Below, piece after piece: positions 1-13,248 of a stretch of 64,000 nucleotides of DNA; the first letter of the stretch is position 1, and the number at the start of each line of letters is the position of its first letter. The DNA is taken from positions 4,404,001 to 4,468,000 of the forward strand of contig NW_024704743.1 of NCBI RefSeq assembly GCF_018977255.1, in the 5' to 3' direction. The notes below the pieces were generated by a model that made no database searches, was not told where the DNA came from, and worked only from the letters and a program-made list of their open reading frames with translations. A program made the position numbers and the translations under genes. Source of the stretch: Callorhinchus milii (lineage: Eukaryota).

Positions 1-207
1 CTACAGGACTCCATTCTTTGAATGGGGTGGGGGTGGAGGGGGGGGGGCTCAAGTTGCCCCTGTAGTGAGCCAAAGTGTGTACATCTTGGTTTGTGAGCTG
101 TTGAGCATACACTCCATCGTGGGTGTCTGGAATAATGTAGCGTAAAGCATAAATGAATAGATAATTTATATATTTTTAAATTATAATACACTTCAATGTG
201 ATTTCAG

Positions 208-372
208 GATTTGAAGCCATTGGTGATGCTGACAAGTCCTTCCAGAGTCCGTCACAGGAGCCCACCTTGATCGTTTCTCCCACTGAGCCTCCAGACCCGA
301 ACGTTGTGACACTTCAATGTCCTGACTCTAGTTTTTCAGAATACGAGACGATGCATGGAACCAAGCAGACAG
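208..372 (+). CDS. LARP4B: LARP4B coding exon, N-terminal region (GFEAIGDADKSFQSPSQEPT...HGTKQT), phase 1/1
   Basis: atttcAG|GA acceptor, ACAG|GTagat donor; open frame joins the next exon in phase. The peptide is poorly conserved, so support is mostly structural. Confidence 0.75.
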
Positions 373-419
373 GTAGATCTTGACCCTGTGGTCTAGATTT
401 CGCCAAGTACACTCAATAC

Positions 420-785
420 ATTTTAATCGGCAAGCTATAAATGCACTGCAAAAAATGTGCAAAGAGCAATAAGTCTGATGCCACATGTTTAGGGAATGAG
501 GTAAAATTGAAGAAACGTGAGCTTTGCTGCCTAGAAGAAGCTGGGAGGGGAGGAGACATTATTGAAATGAATGAAATATTGAAATTGGTTATTTGGTCTT
601 TCTCTTCCCCCCATCTTAAAATACTGATCTGTACTGGGCTACAGTTTTCAAGACTTAGGTAGATAGATTTTTTTTTATAAGTGAAGGGCATTGCGGGGTA
701 AAGGCGAGTATTCGGAGTTGAAGTACAGATCAGCCATGATCCGAGAGAATAACGGAACAGGCTTGAGGGCTACTCCTGTTCCTAA
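420..785 (+). mobile_element. CR1 LINE 3' fragment
   Basis: Degenerate CR1 ORF2 end (LEEAGRGGDIIE ~ LEKRRLRGDLIE) and 3' tail gatcagccatgat...acaggcttgagggctactcctgttcct, the same tail as at 55950-56040. Confidence 0.7.
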
Positions 786-1512
786 GATACTTCCTGCCCA
801 AAAGTGCCTCACACAATGACGGTTAATTTAGTTGTATCCTCACTTTCAGAGGGACTTCCTCTTTTGATATCTATCAGATAAATCTTTCAGAACACAAGAC
901 ATGCATTATATCTACAGTATTGTGCAATTAACAAACAAAATGTCACCATCATAGTAGCCATTATTGCTTTGTGCAGTCTTCAGAGATATTTTGTGGCGGG
1001 AGAGAGGTATTCTGAAAACAATATATTGCAGTCTTTCTCAAAATATTATTAATCTTCAGTTCCACAGTTAGCTGATATTTGATATCAGTTAAATGTTTTG
1101 TAAAGTATTTTGACTCGTACACATCAATTGAAAAATAAGGCTTTGTAACGTGTCCAGTCATTCCAGAATGAATCACTAATTTTAACGTTTAGAAAATTTT
1201 GAGTTTGGTGCTTTTTATTTGCTTTTCTTTCCCCCATTTGTATGTCAGGCAAACTGTGGTCTGATGGGCAGTTTTGCCCCCAAAAAAACACGGCCAAAAA
1301 AGTAAATTCTGTTTAAATAAGGAAGTGGACTTGGTTTGAGTATCATTTTAAATCCAGCATCCAATATAACTATTGTCGTAGGGAGATTATTGTTTGTTGT
1401 TGATGCAAATAAACACAGTCTGCTATTTTTATTAGTTGTTGTATCTTTGAATAATAATATAACAACACAGATGTGAAAAACTAAATCTTGGTAAAAGAGG
1501 GCCTTTTTGGGG

Positions 1513-1900
1513 CTAGCCACGTGTCTAACCAGTGGAAATAGTCACCATGCTTAAGGGTATCCAACCCACACTGTGAATCCCACATATGTACGCCACCTAC
1601 ATGTGGAAATTTCACCGTCTGGAATGGAATGCAGAAATTTTCCCTGCTGGCTTAATACTGGCGAGCATTAGGTTCAGGTTGGTGAGAGTCAAAGTGTTGG
1701 AGAATTGCTCAAATTCAACCAGCTAAAGCTGCATAGTTTGCCATTGAGAGCACTGTCTGGCAAGATTCCCACGAGTTGTCCAGCTAGGACTGTGCCATCT
1801 GTTCAGGATTTGGCTTGTAAGGTAAACTGGAGCTGAGTGGGAAGAGTCTCTGTTCCGAAGCCAAGTCCTGCTGATAAGCCAGACTGGATGCTCTTGATTC
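1513..1900 (+). repeat. Unclassified interspersed repeat 'family X', diverged copy
   Basis: Shares caccatgcttaagggtatccaa...cacctacatgtggaaattt...ctggaatggaatgc...aaccagctaaa...ctgtctggcaag...ttgtccagct with seven other loci in the window. Strand assignment is arbitrary. Confidence 0.7.
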
Positions 1901-2485
1901 TGACATTCCTCTGCGAAGCACATCTGTTACCTCCCGCCTTCTCTCTCCACCCCCGCCCCCTCCAGCCGTAGGATAATCACTTTATTGGGCATGGAAGATA
2001 ATTAAGAATTTTATCGTTTATATACAGATATTATTCAAGATATCGTCTTGGATGCGTACTCAGTTCTACATCATTCCATTCTATTTAAAATGTTATAACT
2101 TCATAGTTCATCTTTGCGCGAACCAACTCAATTTTGCAGTCATTTTGCTGGATTGTCATAGGAGTACACTGGACTTTGTCAGCTTGCAGGACAAGTTGTG
2201 AGATCCACTTGGGCAAGATCGCCAGCTTACAAATCTTACAGTTCCATTTGGGTTTCAGATACAAATCCAAAAAATAATTTCTTAAAACAATTTTAATTGT
2301 AGCACCTGGCCTATTTTTTTGTCCAGTTTGTCTACCGTAAGCAATGTAAGAGTTACTAGGGGGAATTGCATCTTTATTCAAAGTCGTGGATTTGAAAGGG
2401 GGTAATGGGTTGCATTGCATTCATGCTTGAGAACTCAATGCCTGTTTTCCCTGCAAAAATTTGGTTTCTTTTTTGGATCTGTTAG

Positions 2486-2579
2486 GAGGAGGTGATCAGA
2501 CTCCTTTGGAACAGCAGACTGTTGGCCATGAAGATCTTCGAGAATTGCTGAAAAAGACATTGGAATTCTGTTTATCTCG
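2486..2579 (+). CDS. LARP4B: LARP4B exon, start of La motif (GGDQTPLEQQTVGHEDLRELLKKTLEFCLSR)
   Basis: ctgttAG| acceptor, TCTCG|GTaagt donor; La-motif LKKTLEFCLSR. Confidence 0.95.
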
Positions 2580-2644
2580 GTAAGTCAGAATGATAGTTTT
2601 CTGAAAGCTGTTGACACATTTTTGGTAACTTATTTTCACATTGG

Positions 2645-3125
2645 GATAGGAACTTAGTACAGTGCTGAAGGAGGCCATTCGGTCTCACTGAGCAGGAAGA
2701 TCACTTCAATGCCAAAGCCGGAACATTCCCGTATCTCTTCAAGCCAATGTTTCATATGCCTATCTGCTTCACTTTTAAAGTTACATCGGACTCCGTCTCC
2801 ACCACCTTCCAGTGCCTTGGGACGTCCTCCCGACGTGAAAGGCACTTTATAAATGCAATCTTGTTGTTTTTGTTGTTCCGCGGCAGGACATTCTACATCC
2901 CAACTACTCCATGGGTGAAAAAAAATTCCTCCTAAGTTCTCCTTTCGCTACTCTTGTGGCTATGCATCTATCTTATAACTATGGTCCCACGTTACTGACT
3001 CGCCTATCAATGGAGATAACTTCTATTTACCCTAACAAAAGCCCTCATGATTTTGTGCACTTCAATCAAGTCTCCCCTCAACCGTCTCTGCTCCATTGTG
3101 AACAGACCCGGCTTCTCTAATCTCA
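2645..3125 (-). mobile_element. CR1 3' fragment interrupted by a + strand L2 3' tail (~2790-2880)
   Basis: gaaggaggccattcgg (reverse CR1 tail) and ttcaatcaagtctcccctcaaccgtctctgctcc (reverse of ORF2 RRLRGDLIE); nested gccttgggacgtcctcccgacgtgaaaggcactttataaatgcaa. Confidence 0.7.
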
Positions 3126-3485
3126 CCTGCGCTCTCATGTTTGATGTTAGGTGCAAGTTTTTGGATTGATTGGTACAATGATCTTTTCAACAGCTTTAAT
3201 TAAAGCTATTATGTTCTGTGTTCCCAATTGTTAGAAACAGTGATTACGTGTTTACGTGCCCAACACTCTCATTTGGATTGGCGGGATGGTGGTGTGTTCT
3301 CTCTACACCGTATTTTCTATTTGATTTTAATTATGAAACCAATTCTTGTCAGTATTTGGGCAACATCAAGCTAAGAACATAACCTAAAGAGCTAATGCTA
3401 AGCTAATACTGAGCTTTACAATACGGTTGAGAGCCAGCGTTGATGTTTGTCATTTGTATTGATGAATTTAATTTGTGTTTTGCAG

Positions 3486-3622
3486 AGAAAACCTGGCCAA
3501 CGACATGTACCTAGTTTCCCAAATGGACAGTGACCAGTATGTGCCAATACTGACAGTAGCAAACCTAGACCACGTGAAAAAACTGAGTACGGATATGGAC
3601 CTGATTGTTGACGTTTTGAAAT
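3486..3622 (+). CDS. LARP4B: LARP4B exon, La motif ([45 protein letters not shown])
   Basis: tttgcAG| acceptor, AAAT|GTaagt donor; overlaps ORF 3475..3672. Confidence 0.97.
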
Positions 3623-3707
3623 GTAAGTGCGTGTCTTTTAAAATCCAACAAGTTTTTTCCTCAATGTTTTAAAATGTTGTCGTTGACTCATACGTCTTGT
3701 TGTTTAG

Positions 3708-3811
3708 CATTGCCTTTGGTTCAAGTGGATGAGAAGGGGGAAAAGGTCAGACCAAATCAAAATCGCTGCATCGTAATTTTACGAGAGGTACCAGAATCAA
3801 CACCGATTGAG
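3708..3811 (+). CDS. LARP4B: LARP4B exon, La motif end and RRM start ([35 protein letters not shown])
   Basis: tgtttAG| acceptor after an 85-nt intron, GAG|GTaagc donor. Confidence 0.97.
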
Positions 3812-5874
3812 GTAAGCTTTGAGAAATGAGTTGAACACACAAGTAATTGCACCCAGCAATTAGTACAATAATTATTTACGTGCGTTATTTTCAGTCAAAT
3901 ACAAGACCAGGAATTATGTTTTTAAACTTTCAAAATGGAATGTCTCAACATGGAGAACTATAAATCTACAAAAAGTGAATAAAATTATGTGCATAAACAG
4001 AATAATCCAGGAACTCGAACAAGGCTGTTGGCAACTGGTGATTTGATGAGTATGCAGGAGGCCAGAAAGGTTGATGTTTCTCATATGCCTGTGAACACTG
4101 GAGGAAAAATATATAATGTATTCTGACTGAAGCATATTCTAAACTAATATCTCCGTACACAGAGGAACAGCTTCTGCTCAGTGCCACAGGATAGGATTGC
4201 AGTACCTAGCAACAAGCAGAACAATTAACTCGCTTGTTCTAGGGTCCTTGGGGTGTGCAAAAGGCAACACCAATACACAACAAAGATCTAATTCTCGAAA
4301 AATGCAGCTGTTATCCTTTATGGCTGCAGATGTCTTGGAAAAATAAGATCTCTACTTTTATTTCTCCTTACCTCTCCTTCATGCCCCCCAAATTGATTCC
4401 ATTGGCACAAAGGTGAATTGAGTCCGTCGTATTTTCACACAGTCCCAAAAATGTTCGGATCAAGAAGGCATTCGGGTCTATTTGTTTCAGGTTAACAATT
4501 CCCATTGCCCTCCCATTACTGCATCAAGCTGTTTCTCCCGCATTAGCACAGAGTTGTAACTTCTACCTTTCCTTGGAAATGTTTCGTCTGTTTGATATTT
4601 AGTCAGATCCTTGGAGTCAGTTTGTTTACAAAATACCTGGCTGCGTGCAAATTGGCCAGTGCCGGCTGAGCAGACGGAATGGATAGGTTATTGTGTTCAT
4701 AACTAGCAGAAGTAGGGAAGAGCATGCCCGTGGAGGGCTTTAAAAGTGAGTGTCCAGAATCGTGGGACATACTTCCGACGTGGAAGACGCTATCTAAATG
4801 TAATTTGTTATTACTTGGGATTACATTTTAGGCCACATCCTGATTTCTTCATTACATTATTCTTAGCACTAACCAGGATTGTATTTCACAAAAATATACC
4901 GTCAATTAACTTCACAGTATATTCTGAGAAGCGCTTTGAGATGTTTCGAAGACGTGATAAGGCGCTATATCAAATGCAAGGATTATTATTATAACCAATT
5001 GTGCCAAACCAGTGTTCATCTCCACCCTTCAGGTTTTTATCCCTGAGTTTTGCTTCATTTGAAGCTGGCTTTGAGTGCCATTGCATCCGGGGGCAGATAT
5101 TGATGCTGTTGAGCTCGTTAGACATCAACCTACAAAGTCATCCTCAATGAAAGATTAGATTGCTTAAGGCATTATTCTTCAAAGAGAAGCCTGTAGTCCA
5201 ATTTATATGAAAAGATAGTTTGGTTGAACTGATGTATATCCCATCCGTAGACACCGCATTACCTCATGGTAAATCTATAGCATTCCTGGTTAGCTTGTGG
5301 CATTATCTAAACTAACATCTTAAGTAATCTTGAATACGGTGCAGTCATCTCAAATATCAAAACATGAAGCCAGGTTACCGCAGTGGTCGGGCAAAGTACT
5401 GATGTAAATGTTTCAAAATGCCTCTTTGGGATGTTTTCCTGACATGAAAGGCTCTGTCTAAGTGTACGTTGTATCAATCAACATTTATCTAAATTTGAAA
5501 TCGTGGCTTCAGGGCTTGGGATGGTTAGTGATATGTTTCCTTAAGAATATTGAATAGTATGCATAATTGATGCTGAATCATCCTAGGGTTATGCTGGTCC
5601 TCTGCTGATAAGGGAGTGAATTCCCAGGTCGGCACCCTAACTCCAAATCAATATTCAACGTCATGCCCCATTTAATGTATTAAGGTTCTTGTTTTCATTT
5701 TGTTTGTTAATCATAATTGATTTTTTTTTAAAAAAAGCTGTCCCGTAAGTTTCAGCACTGTAAAACATTTGACTTTTAGCATCGTTTGCTTGCTTTGCTT
5801 GCTGCTGAACTCAACTCTTAAGAGGCTTTTTTGTTGAAATCTACGTTGCCCGACGAAATGTAAAATGTGAAGCG

Positions 5875-6295
5875 TAACAACCACAATAACCTGCATTTAT
5901 ATAGCGCCCTCCACGCAGGGTAGCGTCTCATGACTCCATGTGGGGGTGGTGACCGTAAGCGCGGTTGAAACGGAAGGTTTTCAGTCAGGACTTTGAAAGG
6001 GGGAGAGAGGGGGCGAGGCGGAGCGACTGAGGGAGAGTGTTACAGAGTTTCGGGGCGTAGTGGCTGATTAACCTGTTATGATGGTGTTGTGTTGAATTCA
6101 AGATCTTCGTCCTCACTTTCAAGGCCATCCGTGGCCTTGCCCCCACCTCCTACCTCTCCGACCTGCTGACTCCCTACCAACCTGCCCACTCACTCCGTTC
6201 AGCGGGCTCCGGCCTGCTCCATGTCTCCCGCCCGCCCCAGCCTACCATCGGTGGTCGGGCTTTCAGCCTCTCTGCCCCCACACTCTGTAACTCCC
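5875..6295. mobile_element. Two L2 LINE 3' fragments in opposite orientation (- 5875-6075; + 6090-6295)
   Basis: The + part matches the L2 3' region at 34950-35150 (gaattcaagatc...ggccttgccccc...tcctacctctccgacctgctgactccctaccaacctgcccact). Confidence 0.8.
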
Positions 6296-6740
6296 TCTCC
6301 CCGGTACATCTGTTAATTGTAAAATGTTTTGTCGGTAGCCTTCAGTTTACTGCTAGTTGAGGAAAAAAAACAGCAACCTCTACAGCTGCCATATCATAGC
6401 TTGAAATACGATACTGCTGGTGCAGTAGGTTAGGCCTTTAACATGTACCGAATAAAGGTAGATCCACCCTGGAGTGAGTTCCCCATCTCGGCATACAGAG
6501 GTTCTCAGTGAAGATCCTTTTCCCATAGAGGGAAAATTGGAGGGATCAGCTACCTCTTTAGAGCTGCATTTTATAAGGATTTGAAGGATGACCAATGTAA
6601 TTGTGCAAATAACCAACAACTGGTATTTCTACTTTCCTCTAGGGAAGGAGAAATTATTTATTATTTCAAAAGGTTCAAATAAATGAAAATTTTGCTTATT
6701 TGGAACATTTTCAGCATTAATTAGCACTGTTTATCTTCAG

Positions 6741-6851
6741 GAGGTGGAAGCACTCTTCAAAGGGGAAAATTTTCCAAAGTTCATGAGCTGTGAGTTTGCC
6801 TACAACGACAACTGGTTTATCACCTTTGAATCGGAGGCAGATGCGCAGCAG
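6741..6851 (+). CDS. LARP4B: LARP4B exon, RRM ([37 protein letters not shown])
   Basis: tcttcAG| acceptor, CAG|GTaaag donor, 111 nt, phase 0/0. Confidence 0.97.
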
Positions 6852-7375
6852 GTAAAGCTCGTTTATATTAAGGTTTGGGGAATTCCAATTTGATATATAT
6901 ACAGAAATTTTGTCGCGTAGTTTCTAGAAAAGCTTTCAGTATGGCACTAAATTCTGGAACTTAATATTTTTTGATCTGCACTTTTTTTAAAAAATGCAAT
7001 TTTCTTTGTTAGTTGCAACTTTTAGCGTAAAATAGAGACTGCAAAAAAAAACTGCTGTAACAAATTCTGGTAGCTTGACTTGAGGAATAGATTGCTGTCT
7101 AAGAGTGTGAGCAAAGCTAATGAATGTGTAGCTGATTGTCATTTACTCAATGCTTCCATTACAAGGGACATTGCCTTGAAATCAGAACAAAGATGGTTAG
7201 AACTGAGCTCAGGCCACATTCCTTCACATGGAGGGTTGCCAAGATGCGGAATGCTCTACACCACAATGCTGTAGAGAAGCAATCCACACGGATATCTGAA
7301 AGCAAGACAGATACTTGGGTGGTAAAGTTATGGCGAAAAGGCGGGGCATTGGGATGAAAAGATTTGGCAAGGTCG

Positions 7376-7632
7376 ACGTGCTCCCAACTGGCGGCCCGTG
7401 GGCCGCATTGCGGCCCTGGGGATGATTACACCCAGCCCACGAAACATTCTCAAGTTCATTGTCCTCAAATACAGGCGTCGCGCAGGCCCTGAGCTGATCG
7501 GCAGTCGGGCGGGCTCAGGCTCTGCCAGGCAACAGGACTGGACAATCAGGAAAAAATATTGCTTCTGTGGCCTGCGGGCATTTCTTAAATCCAAAATCCA
7601 GCCCTCAGCAGCCAGAAGGTTGGACCCCCCCA
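7376..7632. mobile_element. hAT (Charlie-like) non-autonomous DNA transposon relic nested in a CR1 3' fragment (~7170-7700)
   Basis: 5' subterminal tcccaactggcggcccgtgggccgcattgcggccc and 3' cagccctc...aaggttggacccc resemble recalled hAT-Charlie MITE ends; CR1 tail (aataggctcgaagcctgaatagcc) resumes after it. Confidence 0.6.
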
Positions 7633-8270
7633 CCACCACTCGGCACGGTCTACTAAATTGGTGGAATAGGCTCGAAGCCTGAATAGCCCCATTGTTGCTA
7701 TTTTTATGTTTCCTGTCAGCATGATCAGTTATCAAACCTTTGAAATACTAGGTAACATTTTTGACATCAGAAGCCGCATGTAGAATATTGTGCAGTTGCG
7801 AGCACGCTACCTTCAAAAAGAATATCAAATGGTTGGAAATGGTTGAGAAAAGAACAATGGTGTGTTTAGGGATGAAGAGCTCTAAATTGAGAGGTTCTAC
7901 ACTATGTCATGGTAATTCAAGCAATATACCTTATTTTCTTTTAATGCACGTTGACTTGAGTTGATCATTTACCCCAGGACATGGTAGTTTCTTGCTCTTT
8001 CAATTTTAGGAATTGAGTTGTGATGGTGGATATATGTTTCTAAGTATAAGAGGAGAGAAATCCCTTGTAGCACCTCGGTACAAAGCAATTAGGGGCTAGA
8101 GAAGCAGGATTTTATTTTAACTGTTTTTTAATTTGGGGCGAGACCTGTAAATGCAATGAATATACTTTGTGCCTTTTGATTTTAAGTTTACAACAAAACT
8201 TGTATTTTAAATCTTAAAAAAAAACACAGCGACCTGTGGTTGATGGCTTCTTGTGTGGGTTTTTGTTCAG

Positions 8271-8324
8271 GCTTATAGGTACCTTCGTGAAGAAGTGAAA
8301 ACCTTCCAGGGACGGCCTATAAAG
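8271..8324 (+). CDS. LARP4B: LARP4B exon, RRM (AYRYLREEVKTFQGRPIK)
   Basis: ttgttcAG| acceptor, AAG|GTaaca donor, 54 nt. Confidence 0.96.
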
Positions 8325-8404
8325 GTAACACTTTTAAAACGATTCAACATTTTGTTTGGACGTTTGTGACATGAACTCATTGGTGACTGGGACATTTCTT
8401 ACAG

Positions 8405-8611
8405 GCAAGGATAAAAGCAAAGCCAATGGCTATCAACACCTTCCTGCCAAAGAATGGTTACAGACCGATTGATATGAACCTGTACACTCAGCAACGGTAC
8501 ACGTCGTTTTATGTACCTCCTATCTACAGCCCCCAACAGCAATTTCCACTTTATAGCCTTCTGACTCCTCAGTCTTGGTCTGCAGCACACAGCTACCTGG
8601 ATCCAACATTG
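8405..8611 (+). CDS. LARP4B: LARP4B exon (ARIKAKPMAINTFLPKNGYRP...HSYLDPTL)
   Basis: cttacAG| acceptor after an 80-nt intron, TTG|GTgagt donor; matches ORF 8426..8641. Confidence 0.96.
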
Positions 8612-10409
8612 GTGAGTGCTTCGTGCGTGGAAATGTTTTGATGGGTAAATCTTTGCCAGTAGAAAATCGCTCTTGCGGTAAAGTCACAGGCTGGAAATTG
8701 TGAGAAACTGTTGGATTTGTTTTTTTTTTGCCAGATTGGAGCCTATTGAACTGAAAACGGCTGAAAATTTAGGTGCTTTCATATTCTCTTAACTTTTAAA
8801 TGGTTGTGCAACTACGATTCGAAGCGCATTTGTGACACCCATCAATTTAATATTTCTTCCACGATTCGAGGTCCCGTAATTTCTACTTCCATGAACATTT
8901 CATTTGCTTCATGTGATTCGTGCAAGAACAAAGATAGCCCCTGGCAATCTTCATAAAGGTTGTGTCCCATTGTTAGGAAGGCTAAACATGCATACATGTA
9001 CGCACACACCCACTACTCTCCCATGTCAACTATTTTTTATTTCCAGCGTTTCTTGAGGGAGAAAGTTATTTTGTTTTCCTCCTTTTTTTTTGGTTTCATA
9101 ACATTCACTATTTCTCAGCTGAGCGGTCAGGCAGGAAACTTGCTCCCAGGTCTCTGCCAATGCCACTCTGTAACCACCTGTTTGGAGGTGCATGAGATTA
9201 GTCCTGGATGACTTGTCTTTTTTTTCTTCCCTTTCTTCCTTGTGAGGAAGTGACTGGCCTCTGCACAGCACCTCCCCAAGAGCACAGCTGAGATTGGGAA
9301 TTCACCATGTGGGGGAATCGGTTCGAACCAGTGTCCTACCATTTGATGGTAAGCACGTTGGAGCCTAGACTAATTTTTAAATTAATGTTTGTCATACTTT
9401 CATATTTCCTGCTTTTTTTTTAAAAAAAAGGAAATTGAATCCTCTCGAAGGTTGAAGGTTAGCTAAATTGGTGCGCTGGTAATCTTAAAGACATAAATCG
9501 CAATCGGGAACCACGTGAAGCAATCGAAATAGAGTTGAGGCTTTGGGATCAACTGTGCTTACACAGCCTTTTAGAAGAATGCAAGTTTATGAACGTTGAG
9601 ACGTGAATACCAACAAGCTCGCCAGTTGTCCTTTGCTTGAACGTTCCTGGCGGCATTTGAAGTCAAAAATCACATGAAAGGTTAAGAGAAAATGGGTGTT
9701 CGGTTGGTGAATCAGCCAGTGGAACATTTTTATCTTCCATTGTTCTGTTTCCTTGGGCTTTAGCTCTGTGTACACCATTCTGTGTACTATTTTCACCTCC
9801 AATAGTAGGTAGCCTTTGCACACAAGCAAAACCTGCTCTGAACCGCCACCAACAGGGGGTGTTTTGGGGAAATTGCAATGACCTGTATCGTCATCTTAGT
9901 AAATGGTAGACTTTCTGGCAAGGGTGTATTTATCTCCCATGTAAGGGTGAACAGGTGCCATTCCGTTTGATTCCTAATGAAATCAGGTGTTGGCACTGAT
10001 ATCATCTGACCACTTTTACATGCACGCAAGGGAAAGCTTTGCAAGCTGCTCAAAACTAAGAATCTAGAGTTTCTTAACTTTTCATATGTAGCAGTGCCTA
10101 ATATTGAAAATAATTCAACAATCAACTTCAGTTCTCGAAGGTAAAATAGCTTTTCATGAAGCAAAGAGGTGAAAGCGCTTCCAAACCAAATCTGTATTCA
10201 ATTTATTGTATATTATTACTAAAGCATCAATTTTTTTTTCTACCCGTGTACAACACAGTCTCATAAGGTATACCTCATGTCTGACATTCCACCTTTCAGG
10301 AGTACTCCTATTTTATATCAATTTCTTATCCGTTCTCACGCCCTTCCTTGGATTCACGAGGGCCTTAATGGAATTTTGTCTGCTCTCTGAAAATCTGAAC
10401 TGCATGTCC

Positions 10410-10600
10410 CTCATCCTCTCCAAAGCTATGGAACTCTGCCTCATTCCCTCTGCCTTGCCCGTCTTCAAACCGCACCTGAAGATCTTCTTCGACAGCGCCT
10501 TGGGCCACATCTCCCCAGCTCAGGGTCAAGCTCCGTCACTGTCGAGTGCTCTGAGACACCACCCCGGGTGAAGGCACCATATAAATGCAAGTCATCGTTG
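10410..10600 (+). mobile_element. L2 LINE 3' end
   Basis: tatggaactct...cttcaaaccgcacctgaagatcttcttcgacagcgcc...gtgaaggcaccatataaatgcaagtcatcgttg. Confidence 0.75.
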
Positions 10601-12325
10601 CTATCCCATAGCTTAGGTTGTATAGCATCTAGTGCAAAGGATTTGTTGATCTCCACCATCTATCAAGTACCTCCGGCACGCTTCGAAATCATACAAAGAT
10701 GTACTTCAGAAATGTTTGTACAATTTGATCTTCTTCAACGACTAAGTCTAGAAAATACCTGGTTAATATATCAGCTGTTTTTGCCATTAATCTCATCATT
10801 AAGATTATCTGAGTTTGAATTTCCTCATTTATTTCTTTAGATATACTGGAATATCATTTAGCATACTTTGCTGTATTCTTCTCTAGGCTCCTATTTGTAC
10901 TTCTATTCCTTTCAACTTAGAAGCAAATTCTTATAATCATATCATTCTCAATTGTAATTAATTGCCAGATAATTCATTAATGTTATATCGTCAAGTCCCT
11001 TGTGGTGTCCACGGTTTGGTGCAGTTTAAGTAGGTACTATAAAGTATTATAATAGCATTTAAGCAACCGTATACAAGTTTTTAGAAAATGTGTTGTAAGG
11101 TTATCCCTCAAGCAATGTAAGTTTGTTTTGTATAATAACACCTAAGCCTAATTGGCAGTTTGGTGTTCAGGTTCATTTTAATCTTATTGATCAGGAATTG
11201 TACAGAGAACTTCATGAAACATGGTCTTCTAGATTCAAACGTCCAGAGGCTGTTTTACAAACTAACTTGAGAAAAATGTCTGATTTGTTGGTTGTTAGGT
11301 TGCTACTGATGCTTCCAGCTTTGCAAAGTGACATCATTGGGGCTAAAAGTACAAATGTGCATTCCACAGGAAGTGGAATCGGTGCTGACCTGATGTCAAC
11401 CTTTTTTTAAGTGCTGGAAGCAGACCAGTCCGAGCCAGAAGTGGGCGTTTCACTTCCTGGTTAGTTTAGCTCCACGGTTGGCCCGTGCCATTAGCAAGGC
11501 TGCTTTATACACAGGAGTGCTCTAATGTGGTTTTGCTATAATGTGTTTCCTGTATATGATTACTAATTGGAACTGTGATTATCCATGGGAGCCAATTTTG
11601 GTTCTGCTTCAGGGTATGGAATCAAGAGCAGACCCTTCTATTTACGACTGTAGCTTTTTTCCCTATTCCCTGTTGCTTCCTGTTAAGCCAAACAATTTGA
11701 ATGCAATTTAAAGACGAAGGCTATGGAATTAAAAATCTTATGTATTGAATACTTGTCAACACCTTTGCCAAATGCAGGTTATTATATCCATTAATTCCCC
11801 ACCTCTTCAAAGAATTCCAATACATGTATTAGAGATGCTTAAATTTTTCAAAAGCACTGCTGCAGCCTTTAGGGCCCCTGAACTGTGAACATCAAAATTA
11901 TCCGATGAAAGCTGTTAAACTGTTTCTCCATTTTGAATGTTAGTCTAACTCTTTGATTCATGCTGCATCACTGCATTACACATTATTTTTGTGTGTGTAA
12001 TCAAGGAGAACATTTAGTCTGAAATATAATCCTGGCTCCAAGTTAAGATTTGCAACTCATTATCTAGTTGCTTTCCTGATAGACTGGTCCACATTTCACT
12101 CCAAACCTTCAATTTATTTTGCCGCATTCGTGAACACAGTGATGACGCATTATCCTTAAATTTTACTTGTTGCTGGCAGGGGTTCCTTCCAGACATCCCA
12201 AATATCCCTGGAACTTGTGCAATAAAGGTTCCAAAATTGTAGCCTTGTCTTTCGCTGTATAGTTTAAGTTGTGTATATTGAATATTACATTCGGTGTGCA
12301 ACGTGTCATTTTTGTTTCTTTGTAG

Positions 12326-12435
12326 GTATCTCCATTTCCAAGTGCAGGTTTCATCAATGGATTTACCACAGCTCCAAACTTCAAATCTGCTGCAGCCCCC
12401 TTGACTACACTCAGACACTATAATCCCAGAAACAG
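12326..12435 (+). CDS. LARP4B: LARP4B exon (VSPFPSAGFINGFTTAPNFKSAAAPLTTLRHYNPRNR)
   Basis: ctttgtAG| acceptor, ACAG|GTacga donor, phase 0/2. Confidence 0.93.
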
Positions 12436-13248
12436 GTACGATGTTTGGTACGTAAATTTAAAACTTCAAATACAATGTGGTACGCAACGCGGATTTCATC
12501 ATGAAGTGGGCAGAGAGAGAGAAAGAGTTGGGGTTTATTGAATTATTTAAAGCACTAATACATGAAACTTTGATGGATGCATTTTTGCCTGTTTCTGGAT
12601 TAAAGAACCTAAAAGGAGAAAAGTGATAAATGTTTATGATGGGCAGTGATAATATTAGTTTCCGTCAGGGGGATAGGGAATGGTGGGTGGGGGAGGGAAG
12701 AGAGGGATTCTGGTTTTGTTGCTTTTGCCTATAATGTGTTATGCATCAGTTGGATAAATTAAAGACAGTTTGGCTCACTCAGTCAAATTCACCAAAGTGG
12801 ATGAATGGGTCACTCATTTCATTGTTTGTGGAAGTTGCTGGTGTGGACTAGCTGTTGTTCCACTGCACTTCAAAGCAACACATTGTTTGAAGCTCTTTGG
12901 GATTGTTCAATATATGGTTCAAAATCAAATGTAATTATCTGTGATTTTGTTAAGATCGGACACGTGCTGTAAAATTCGATGACCTTCGATGAACTGGCTT
13001 CATGGACTGAATGGTCTCCAGTTCCTATGGCCTTATTTATAATAATTTTGTCACTCAATCCACGACTGTTTGTGGGACACTGCTGTACGCAATTGTCTGC
13101 CACGTTTCACCCACAAATACACAGGCAATCCACTTTACAGTATATTCTGTGAAGCCTTTGATAATTCGTGAAACGCCAAGTGTGGTTTTCTTTTAATAAA
13201 ATAAAAATGATTTCTACTCTAGCATACAATTTTGTTTTTGGGTTTTAG

